In this document: piece after piece, positions 1 through 13,030 of the stretch
How positions within the stretch are numbered: position 1 is the first letter of the stretch
How the letters are laid out: each line of letters starts with the position of its first letter
DNA from: the human T2T-CHM13v2.0 reference genome, Homo sapiens
Assembly: GCF_009914755.1 (NCBI RefSeq)
Contig: NC_060940.1
Reading direction: 5' to 3' (one strand)
DNA length: 64,000 bases
Notes under the pieces: generated by a model
Told to the model about the DNA's origin: nothing
The model's database searches: none
The model's input: the letters and a program-made list of their open reading frames with translations, nothing else
Made by a program: the position numbers and the translations under genes

Positions 1-3000
1 TATATTCCAGTCAACGATGATTCCATTCGAGTCCATTCGATGATTCCATTAGAGTACATTTAATGATTGCTTTGTTTTCAATTCGAAGATGATTACATTG
101 GATTCCATTCTATGATACCATTCGATTCCATTCAATGATGATTCCACTCAAATCCATTGGATGATTCCATTCGTGTCCATTCGGTGATTTCATTAGATTC
201 CATTCGAGGATGATTCCATTCGATTCCATTCGATGATTCCATTCAATTCCATTCGATGATGATTCCATTCCAGTCCATATGATCATTCCATTTGATTTCA
301 TTCGATGATGATTCCATTCGATTCCATTCGATGATTCCATTCTATTCCATTCGATGATGATTCCATTCGAGTCCATTCGATGATTCCATTCGAGTCCATT
401 TAATGATTCCATTGGGTTCAATTCAATGATGATTACATTGGATTCCGTTCTATGATTCCATTCAATTCCGTTCATTGACAATTTGATTCCATTCGATGAT
501 GATTCCATTTGAGTTCATTCGATGATTCTATTCGATTCTCTTCGATGGTGATTCAATTCTATTATATTGGATGATTCCATTCGATTCCATTTGATGTTGA
601 TTCAATTCGATTCTATTCGATGATGATTCCATTGGATTTCACTTGATGATTCTATTCGATTCCATTCAATGATGATTCACTTCTCGTCCATTGGATGATT
701 CCATTTCATTCCATTCGATGATGATTCCATTCGATTCCATTCGATGATTCCATTTGATTCCATGCGACGGTGAGCAATTCGATTCAATTCCATGATGATT
801 CTATTTGATTCAATTAGATGATGTTTCCATTCGAATCCATTCCACGATTATTCCATTGGAATCCATTTGGCGATGATTCCATATGAGTCAATTCAATGAT
901 GATTCCATATGCGTCCGTTCGATGATAATTCCATTTGATTTCATTCAATGCTTCTATTCTATTCCAGTCGATGATGATTCCGTTGGAGTCCATACGATGA
1001 TTCCATTTGATTTCATTTGATGATGATTCCATTCGATGATGATTACATTGGATTCCATTCTATGATTCCATTCAATTCCATTCGTTGATGATTCGATTCC
1101 ATTCAATGATGATTCCATTTGAGTTCATTCGATGATTCTATTCGATTCCGTTCGATGGTGATTCAATTCTCTTATATTGGATGATTCCACTCGATTCCAT
1201 TTGATGATTATTCCATTGGAGTCCACTTAGTGAATCCTTTAGATTCTACTCGAAGATGATTCCATTCGAGTCCATTCAATGATACCATTCAATTTCATTC
1301 GTTGATGCTTCCATTCAAGTGCATTCGATGATATCATTCAATTCCATTTGATGATAATTCCATTTGATTCCATGCGATGATTCTATTCGATTCCATTCAA
1401 TGATAATTCCATTCAATTCAGTGATTCCTCTGGACTCCATTTGATGATGATTCCATTCAATGATTCCATTCGATTCTATTCCAAAATGATTCCATTTGAA
1501 TCCATTTGATGATGATTCCATTAGATTCCATTTGATGATTCCATTCGATTCCATTTGACGATGATTCCATTCGATTCCATTTGATGATTCCATTCTATTC
1601 TATTCGATGATGATTCCATTCGATTCCATTTGATGATTTCATTTGATTCCATTCGTTAATGATTTCGATCAACTCCATTCGTTGATTCCATTTGATTCCA
1701 TTCGATAATGATTACATCCGAGTCCATTCGATGATTCCATTTGAGCCCGTTCGATAATTCCATTTGAGTCCAATGAATGATTCCATTCATTTCCATTCAA
1801 TGATTCCATTCGAGTCCATTTGATCATTCTGGTAGGGTCCGTTCGATGTTGATTCCATTGGAGTGCATTCGATGATTCCATTCGAGTCCATTTTATGATT
1901 TGATTCGAGTCCTTTCGATGATTCCATTCGATTCCACTCGATGATGATTTCATTCGAGTCCATTCGACACTTCCAATCGATTCCATTTGATGTTTCCATT
2001 CGAGTCCAATTGATGATTCCATTCAATTCCATTCGATGATGATTCCGTACGATTCCATTCTGTGATGATTCCATGTGATTGCATTCAATGATGATTCCTT
2101 TCGATTGCATTCGATTATGATTCATTTCGTGTTCATTCTATGGTTCCACAGGTTTCCATTCGATGACGTTTCCGTTCGTGTCCATTCCATTATTCCATTC
2201 TATTTCATTTGATGATGATTCCATTCGATTCCATTCATTGGTGATTCCACTCAATTCCATTCAATGATTCCATTCCATTTGTTTCAACAATGATTCCCTT
2301 AGTTTCTATTCGATGATCCACTTGATTCCATTTGGCGATGATTCCATTCGTGTCCATTCGATGATTCCATTTGATTCCATATGATGATGATTCCATTCGA
2401 TTCCATACCATGATGATTCCATTCGAGTCCATTCAATGGTGATTCCATTCAATTCCATTCGATGATTCCTTCCGATTCCATTCGATGATGATGGCATTCG
2501 ATTCCTTTCAATCATTCCCTTTGATTCCATTCAAAGGTGATTTCATTCAAGTCCATTCGATAATTGCATTCGATTCCATTCTATGATGATTCCATTCGAG
2601 TCCATTTGATGATTCCATTCAATTCAAGTCAATGATGATTCCATTCGATTCCACTCGATGATTCCATTGGATTCCATTCGATGATGATTCCATTCAAATC
2701 CATTCGATAATTCAATTCAAGTCCATTCGATGATGATTCCAATCGAATCCATTCAAAGATTCCATTCAATTCCATTCGATGATGATTCCCTTAGATTCCA
2801 TTCGATGATTCCACTTGATTCCATTTACGATGATTCCATTCGATTCCATGTGATGAATCCATTCAATTCTATTCAATGATGTTTCCATTTGATTCCATTG
2901 GACCATGATTGCCTTTGATTCCATTCAATGATTCCATTCGGTTCCATTTGATGATGATTCCGTTCGATTCCATTTCATTATTCCATTTGATTCCATTGGA

Positions 3001-4350
3001 TGAGTCCATTCGATTACATTCGATGATTATTCCATTCGAGTGCATTAGATGATTGCATTCGAGTCCATTCGATGATTCCATTCGATTCCATTCGATGTTG
3101 ATTCTGTTCAAATTCATTCGATGATTCCACTTGATTCCATTCGATGACTCCATTTGATCCCATTCGATGATTTCCTGTGATTCCCTTTGATGATCATTCT
3201 ATTTGATTCAATTCGGTGATTTCATTTCATTCCATTCAGTGATGTTTCCATTCGACTGTATTCGATGATGATTCCATTCGACTCCATTCGATTATGATTT
3301 CATTCAATTCCATTCAATAATGATTCCCTTCGAGTCCATTCGATGATTCCATTCGATTCCATTCAACGATGATTTGATTCGTTTCCATTCGATGATTCCA
3401 TTTGATTCCACTTGATGATGATTCCATTCGAGTCCATTTGATGATTCCATTCGAGTCTATTTATGTATTATATTCGTGTCCACTTCATGATTCCATTCAA
3501 TTCCATTTAATGTTGATTCCATTTGATTCCATTTGATGATTCAGTTCGATTCCTTGCAATGATTCCCTACGATTCCTTTCTCTGATGATTCCATTCGATT
3601 CCATTCATTGATGATTTCATTCGACTCCATTCGATGATGATTCCTTTCGATTCCATTTGACGATGTTTCCATTCGAGTCCATTCGATGATGATTCTATTC
3701 AATTCTGTTCTATTATGATTCCATTCGATTTCATTCAATGCTTCTATTTGATTCCATTCGATGATGATTCCATCTCTTTCCCTTCGATGATTCCATTTGA
3801 TTCCATTCAGTGATGATTCCATTTGATTCCATCTGATGATGATTTCACTTGATTCCTTTCAATGATGATTCAATTCAAGTCCATTCTATGACTCCATTGG
3901 AGTCCAAACGATCATTCCGTTCGATTCCATTCAATGGTGATTCCATTCATGTCCATTCGATGAATCCATTCAATTCCATTCGATGATGACTCCATTCGAG
4001 TACATTCGATGATTCCATTTGATTCCATTTGAAGATGATTCCATTCAATTCCATTCGAAGATGATTCCATTCAATTCCATTCGATGATGATTCCGTATGA
4101 ATCCATTCTCTGATTATTCCATTAGATTCCATTCATTGACGATTCCATTCAATTCCATTCAATGATGATTCTCTTCTATTCCATTCGATGATTCCGGTCG
4201 ATTCCATTCGATGATGATTCCATTAGATTCCATTCGATTGTTGCATTCGATTCCCTTCGATGATGATTCCTTTGAATTCCATTCGATTATCATTCCGTAT
4301 GAATCCATTTGATGATTATTCCATTGGATTCCTTTCGATGATGATTCCGT
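1..4350 (+). repeat. Shortened/rearranged variant block B, first copy (starts before the window)
   Basis: Matches 21029-~25380 with ORF offsets 21,028 (110/21138), 21,005 (814/21819, 1315/22320) and 21,031 (1787/22818 through 4159/25190). Confidence 0.88.
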
Positions 4351-7300
4351 TCGATTCCATTTGATGATTCCATTTGATTCCATTGGATGAGTCCATTCGA
4401 TTACATTCGATGATTATTCCATTCGAGTGCATTAGATGATTCCATTCGAGTCCATTCGATGATTCCATTCGAGTCCATTCGATGATTCCATTCGATTCCA
4501 TTCGATGTTGATTCTGTTCAAATCCATTCGATGATTCCACTCGATTCCATTCGATGACTCCATTTGATCCCATTCTATGATTTCCTTTGATTCCCTTTGA
4601 TGATCATTCCATTTGATTCAATTCGGTGATTTCATTTGATTCCATTCAGTGATGTTTCCATTCGACTCCATTCGATGATGATTCCATTCGACTACATTCG
4701 ATTATGATTTCATTCAATTCCATAAGATAAAGATTCCCTTCGAGTCCAATCGATGATTCCATTCGATTCCATTCAACGATGATTTGATTCGTGTCCATTC
4801 GATGATTCCATTTGATTCCACTTGATGAGGATTCCATTCCAGTCCATTTGATGATTCCATTCAATTCCATTCTCCGATGATTTCTTTTGAGCCCATTCAA
4901 TGCTTCCACTCGATTACATATGATGATGACTCCATTCGATGAAACTCGATGATGATTCCATTCGCTTGCATTCGATGATGATTCCACTTGAGTCCGTTAG
5001 AAGATTCTATTCAATTACATTCCATGACGATTCCGTTCGAGTCCATTTGATGATTCCATTACACTCCATTCGACAATGATTCCATTCAATGTTATTCGAT
5101 GATTCCATTCGATCTCATTCGATGATGATTCCATTCAACTCCATTCGATGTTTCCATTCGAGTTCATTCTATTATTCCATTAGATTCCATTCGATGATGA
5201 TTCCATTCGATTCCATTTGATGATTGCATTCTATTTCATTTGATGATGATTCCATTCGAGTCCATTCGATGATTCCATTCGAGTCCATTTAATGAATCCA
5301 TTGGTTTCAATTCTATGATGATTATATTGGATTCCATTCGTTGATGATTTCATTCGATTCCATTCAATGATGATTCCATTCAATTCCATTCAATGATTCC
5401 ATTCAATTCCATACGATGATGATTCCATTTGATTTGATTCGACAGTGAGCCATTCGATTCAATTCCATGATGATTCTATTTGATTCACTTGGTTGACATT
5501 TCTATTCGGTTCCATTCGATGATGATTCCATTTGATTCCATTCAAACATGATTCCATTCTAGCCCATTCAATCATTCCATTCGATTCTATTCAATGATGA
5601 TTCCATTCATGTCGATTTGGTGATTCCATTTGACTTCATTTGATGATGATTCCTTTCAAGTTCATTAGATGATTCCATTCGATTCCATTTGATGATGATC
5701 CCATTCGAGTCCATTCAGTGATTCCACTCGTTTCCATTCCATGATGATTCCATTCCATTCCATTCAATGATTCCATTCGATTCCGTTTGATGATGATTTC
5801 ATTCGAGTCCATTTGATGATTCCATTTGATTCCATTCGATGATGATTCCATTCGAGTCCATTCGATGATTCTATTCGAATCCATTTGATGATTTCTTTTG
5901 ATTATATTTGGTGATGATTCCATTGGAGTCCATTCAATGATTCCATTCTATTCCAATCGATGATGATTCCATTAGAGTCCATTTAATGATTCCATTTGAT
6001 TCCAGTCTCTGATGATTACATTCGAGTCCATACGATGATTCCACTCAATTCCATATGATGATGATTCCATTCGATTCCATTCGATGATTCCATTCTATTC
6101 TATTCAATGGTGATTCCATTCGAGTACATTAGATGATTCCATTCGATTCCATTCAATGATGATTCTACTTGTGTCCCTTAGATGATTCCACATGATTCCA
6201 TTAGATGATGATACTATTTGAGCCCATCCAATGATTCCCTTCGATTCCATTCGATGAGGATTCCATTCGATTCAATTCATTGGTGATTCTATTCAATTCA
6301 ATTCTTTGATTCAATTCCATTCCATTCGACAATGATTCCATTCGATTTCTTTCGATGATTCCACTCAATTTCACTTGACATTGATTCCATTCGATTCCAT
6401 TCAATGATTCCATTTGATTCCAGTGGATGATGATTGCCGTCGATTCCATTCGATCACTCCATTCTGTTCCATTTGATGATGATTACATTCGATTCCATTT
6501 GATGATTCCATCTGATTCTATTCGAGGATTCCATTTGATTCCATTCAATGATGATTCCATTCGAGTCCATTCGATGGTTTCATTCGAGTACATCCAATGA
6601 TTCCATTCGAGTCCATTTGATGATTCCATTTCATTCCATTTGATTATGATTCTACTAGAGTCCATTCAATGACTCCATTCGAGTCCATTCAACAGTTCCA
6701 TCCGAGTCCATTCGATGATTCCATTCGATTCCATTTGATGATTCCATTCGAGTCCATTTAATCATTACAGTCGAGTCCATTTGGTGATTCCACTGGATTT
6801 CTTTTGATAATGATACCATTCAATTACATTTGATGATGATCCCATTCAATTTCATTTGATGATGATTCCATTAGTGTCCATTCCATGATTTCATTCGAGT
6901 CCCTTCATTGATTCCATCCGATTTCATTTCATGATGACTCCATTCGAGTCCATTCGATGATTCCACTCGATTCCTTTAGATGATTCCATTGGAGTCCATT
7001 TGATTGTTCCATTCGATTCCATTCGATTCCTTTCGAAGATTATTCCATTTGAGTCCATTCGATGATGATTCCATTCCATTCCATTCGATGATTCCGTTTG
7101 ATTCCATTCGATGATTCCCTGCGATTCCTTTCTATGATGATTCCATTCCATTCCATTCAATGATTCCATTCGAATCTATTCCATGATGATTCCTTTCGAT
7201 TCCATTCGCTGATGTTTCCGTTCAATTCCATTCGATGATGATTCCATTCGATTCCATTCATTGAGGATTCCATTGGATTCCATTCAATGATGATTCCATT

Positions 7301-10300
7301 CTATTCCATTCAATGATTGCATTCAATTCCATTCAATGATTATGCCATTAGAGTAAATTCAACGATTCCATTCAATACCATTCGATGATGATTCCTTTTG
7401 AGTCCATTCAATGATTTCATTCAAGTCCATTTGATGATTCCTTTCAATTCCATTCCATGATGATTCCATTCGAGTCCATTCGATGATTCCATTCGATTGC
7501 ATTCGATGATTCCATTATATTCCATTCAACGATGATTCCATTCGAGTCCATTCGATGATTCCATTAGAGTACATTTAATGATTGCTTTGTTTTCAATTCG
7601 AAGATGATTACATTGGATTCCATTCTATGATTCCATTCGATTGCATTCATTGATGATTCCACCCAATTCCATTCGATGATGATTCCATTCGATTTCAATG
7701 ATTCTACACGATTCCATTCAATGATGATTCAATTCTATTCCGTTTGATGATTCCATTAGATTCCATTCTATGATGATTCCATTCGAGTCCATTCGAAGAT
7801 TTCATTCGATTACATTCCATGACGATTCCATTCGAGTCCATTCGATGATTCCATTTGAATCCATTCGACGATGATTCCATTTGATGCTATTCGATGATTC
7901 CATTGGATTCCATTCGATGATGATTCCATTCGACTTGATTTGATGTTTCTATTTGAGTCCATTCGGTTATTTTATTAGACTACATTCGATGATGATTCCA
8001 TTCGATGCCATTCAATGATTCCATTTGATTCCACTCAATGATGATTGCATTCGTGTCCATTCGATGATTCCATTTGGTTCCATTTGATGATGATTCCATT
8101 CGAGTCCATTCGATGATACCATTCAATTCCATTCGATGATCATTCCATTCGAATCCATTTGATGATTCCACTCAATTCCATTTGATGACTCCTTTCATTC
8201 CCATTCGATGATTCCCTTCAGTTCCAATTGGATGATCTTTCCATTTGATTCAATATGGTGACTCCATTCTATTATATTCAATGATGATTCCATTCGACTC
8301 CATTAGATGATGACTCCATTCCATTCCATTCGATTGTGATTTCATTCGATTCCATTCGAAGATGATTCCATTCGAGTCCATTTGATGATTCCATTCGATT
8401 CCATTCAATGATGATTCCACTCAAATCCATTGGATGATTCCATTCGTTTCCAATTGGTGATTTCATTAGATTCCATTCGAGGATGATTCTATTCGAGTCC
8501 ATTCAATGATTCCATTGGATTCCGTTTGATAATGATTCCATTAGAGTTCATTCGATGATTCCCTTCGAGTCCATTCGATTATTTCTTTTGATTCCATTTG
8601 ATGATGATTCCATTCGATTCCATTCAATGATTCCATTCCATTCCATTCGATGATGATTCCATTCGATAATGATTACATTCGAGCCCATGTGATGATTCCA
8701 TTAGATTCTATTCAATGATGATTCCATTCGACCACATTCGATGATGGCATTCGAGTCCATTCGATGATTTCACTCGATTCCACTTGATGATGATTCCTTT
8801 TGAGTCCATTTGATGATTACATTCGAGTCCATGAGATGACTCCATTCGATTCCATTTCATGATGATGCAATTCGAGGCTATTCGATCATCCCATTTTAGT
8901 GCATTCGGTGATTCTCTTTTATTACATTCGATGAGGGCTCCATTCGAGTCCATTCAATGATTCCATTAGATTCCACTCGATGATGATTCCATTTGAGTCC
9001 ATTCAAAGATTCCTTTCGAGTCCATTCGATAATTCTATTGGATTCCACTAGGTGATGATTCCTTTCGAGTCAATTCGATGATTCCTTTCAAGTGCCTTCA
9101 ATGATTCCATTCGATTCCATTCGATGACGATTCATTTCAAGTCCATTCAATGGTTCCATTCTGTTGAATTTGATGGTTCCATTTGATTCCATTCGATGAT
9201 GATTCCATTCGTGTCCATTGGATGATTCCATTCGATTCCTTTCGAGGAAGATTCCATTCGACTCCATTCGATGATTCCGTTCGATTCCATTCCATGATGA
9301 TTCCATTTGATTCCATTCCATGATTCCATTCGATACCATTCGATGATGATTCCATTCGACTCCATTTGATGAATCCATTCAATGCTTCCATTCGAGTCCA
9401 TTCGATGATTCCATTCGATTCCATTCCATGAAGATTCCATTCGAGTACATTTGATGATTCCATTTAATTCCATAGGATGATGATTCTATTAGGGTCCGTT
9501 GACTATTCCATTCAATTCCATTCGAAGATTCCATTCGAGTCCACTCGATGATTCTATTTGATTCCATTTGATAATTCCATTCGATTCCATTTGATGTTGA
9601 TTCCATTCGAGTCCATTCGATCATTATTACATTTGATTCTATTCGATGATTCCATTCGATTCCATTTGATGAGGATTCCATTCGAGACCATTTGATGATT
9701 CCATTCAATTCCATTGGATGATTCCAATATTTTCCATTAGATGATGATTCCATTCGATTCCATTCAATGATGATTCCATCAGAATCCATTCGATGATGAC
9801 TCCTTTTGCTTCCATTCAATGATCATTACATTCGGTTCCATTCGATGATGATTCCTTTGGATTCCATTCGATGATGCTTCCATTCGATTCCATTTGATGA
9901 TGATTCTTTTCGATTCCATTTGATGATGATTCCATTTGATTCCATTCGATGGTGATTCCATTTGATGATTCCATTCGATTGTATTCGATGATGATTCCAC
10001 TCGATTCTATTTGATGATGACTGCATTCGATTCCATTTGATGATTCCATTTGATTCCATTCGATGATGATTCTGATCAATTGCATTCGATGATCCATTCG
10101 ATTCCATTTGATGGTTCCATTTGATTCCATTTGATAATGATTCCTTTCGAGTCCATTCGATGATTCCATTTGCGGATATTCGATAATTCCATTTGAGTCC
10201 AACCGATGATTCCATTCGAGGCCATTCAATCATTCTTTTTGAGTCCTTTCGATAAAGATTCCATTTTAGTCCATTCAATAATTCCACTGGAGTCCATTCG

Positions 10301-13030
10301 ATGATTGCTTTTAATTCCATTCGATGATATTCCATTCGAGTCCATTCGATGATTCCATTCGTTGCTATTAGATGATGATTCCATTCATGACCATTTGGTG
10401 ATTCCATTCGATTTCATTCGTTGATGATTCCATTCGAGTCCATTCCATGATTCCATTCAAGTCCATTTGATGATTTCTTTGAATTCAATTCGATGATGAT
10501 TCCATTCGAGTCCATTCGATGATTCCATTCAGTTCCATTCGATGATGATTCCTTTCGAGACCATATGATGATTCCATTTGATTTCATTCGATGATGATTC
10601 CATTCGATTCCATTCGATGATTCCATTCTATTCCATTCGATGATGATTCCATTCGAGTCCATTTAATGATTCCATTGGGTTCAATTCAATGATGATTACA
10701 TTGGATTCTCTTCTATGATACCATTCAATTCCGTTCATTGACAATTTGATTCCATTCGATGATGATTCCATTTGAGTTCATTCGATGATTCTATTCGATT
10801 CTCTTCGATGGTGATTCAATTCTATTATATTGGATGATTCCATTCGATTCCATTTGATGTTGATTCAATTCGATTCTATTCGATGATGATTCCATTGGAT
10901 TTCATTTGATGATTCTATTCGATTCCATTCAATGATGATTCACTTCTCGTCCATTGGATGATTCCATTTCATTCCATTCGATGATGATTCCATTCGATTC
11001 CATTCGATGATTCCATTTGATTCCATTCGACGGTGAGCAATTCGATTCAATTCCATGATGATTCTATTTGATTCAGTTAGATGATGTTTCCATTCGAATC
11101 CATTCCATGATTATTCCATTGGAATCCATTCGGCGATGATTCCATATGAGTCAATTCAATGATGATTCCATATGGGTCAGTTCGATGATAATTCCATTTG
11201 ATTTCATTCGATGCTTCTATTCAATTCCAGTCGATGATGATTCCGTTGGAGTCCATACGATGACTCCATTTGATTTCATTTGATGATGATTCCTTTCGAT
11301 TCCATTCGATGACTCCATTCTGTTCCATTCGATGATGATTCCATTCGAGTCCATTCGATGATTCCATTCGAGTCCATTTCATGATTCCATTGGGTTCAAT
11401 TCGATGATGATTACACTGGATTCCATTCTATGATTCCATTCAATTCCATTCGTTGATGATTCGATTCCATTCAATGATGATTCCATTTGAGTTCATTCGA
11501 TGATTCTATTCAATTCCGTTCGATGGTGATTCAATTCTATTATATTGGATGATTCCATTCGATTCCATTTGATGATGATTCCATTCGATTCCATTCGATG
11601 ATGATTCCATTTGATTCCATTTGATGTTGATTCTATTCGATTCTATTCAATGATGATTCCATTCGATTTCATTTGATGATTCTATTCGATTCCTTTCGAT
11701 GATTCTATTCCATTCCATTCGATGATGATTCAATTCTCTTCCATTGGATGATTCCATTTTATTCCATTCGACGATGACTCCATTTGATTCCATTCAATGA
11801 TGATTCCATTCGATTCCATTCGGTGATTCCATTTGATTCCATTCGACGGTGAGCAATTTGATTCAATTCCATAATGATTCTATTTGATTCAATTAGATGA
11901 TGTTTCCATTCGAATCCATTCGGTGATGATTCCATTGGTATCCATTCGACGATGATTCCATATGAGTCAATTCGATGATGATTCCATACGAGTCCGTTGG
12001 ATGATAATTCCATTTGATTTCATTCAATCCTTCTATTCGATTCCATTTGATGATGATTCCATCTGAATCCATTCTCCGATTCCATTCGATTTCATTCGAT
12101 GCTTGTATTTGATTTCATTCGAAGATGATTCCTTTCAATTCCGTTCATTAATTCCATTTGATTCCATTCGATGATGATTCCATCCGATTCCATTGGATGA
12201 TGATTCCATTCGAGTCCATTCGATGATTCCGTTCTAATCCATTCTATGATTCCATTCGAGTCCATTCGATGATTCCATTCGATTCCATTCAGTGATGATT
12301 CCATTTGATTCCATCTGATGATGATTTCATTTGATTCCATTCGATGATGATTCCATTGGAGTCCATTGAATGATTCAATTCAATTCCATTCCATGTGGAT
12401 TCCATTCGAATTCATTCGATTATTCCATTCAAATCCCTTCGTTGATTCCATCTGATTCCACTTGACGATGATTCCATTCAAGTCCAATCGATGATTCCAT
12501 TCGGTTCCATTCAATGATTCCATTCGAGTCCATTTATGTATTATATTCGTGTCCACTTGATGACTCCATTCAATTCCATTTAATGATGATTCCATTTGAT
12601 TCCATTTGATGATTCAGTTCGATTCCTTACAATGATTCCCTACGATTCCTTTCTATGATGATTCCATTCGATTCCATTCATTGATGATTCCATTCGACTC
12701 CATTCAATGATGATTCCTTTCGATTCCATTTGACGATGTTTCCATTTGAGTCCATTCGATGATGATTCCATTGGTATCCATTCGACGATGATTCCATATG
12801 AGTCAATTCGATGATGATTCCATACGAGTCCGTTGGATGATAATTCCATTTGATTTCATTCAATCCTTCTATTCGATTCCATTTGATGATGATTCCATCT
12901 GAATCCATTCTCCGATTCCATTCGATTTCATTCGATGCTTCTATTTGATTTCATTCGAAGATGATTCCTTTCAATTCCATTCATTAATTCCATTTGATTC
13001 CATTCGATGATGATTCCATCCGATTCCATT
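4350..13030 (+). repeat. Partial (about 8.7 kb) copy of HOR unit A ('copy 0')
   Basis: Constant ORF offset of 36,042 to the 40.4-48.6 kb region (5636/41678, 6201/42243, 9826/45868, 12092/48134) and 23,382 to copy 1 (6201/29583, 9826/33208, 12678/36060). Confidence 0.9.

Noticed and set aside
3461-3480. AT-rich 'ttatgtattatattcg' and 'ctattatattgg' motifs resembling TATA-like promoter elements
   Set aside because: They are mutated monomers repeated with the HOR, with no associated gene or other promoter evidence.
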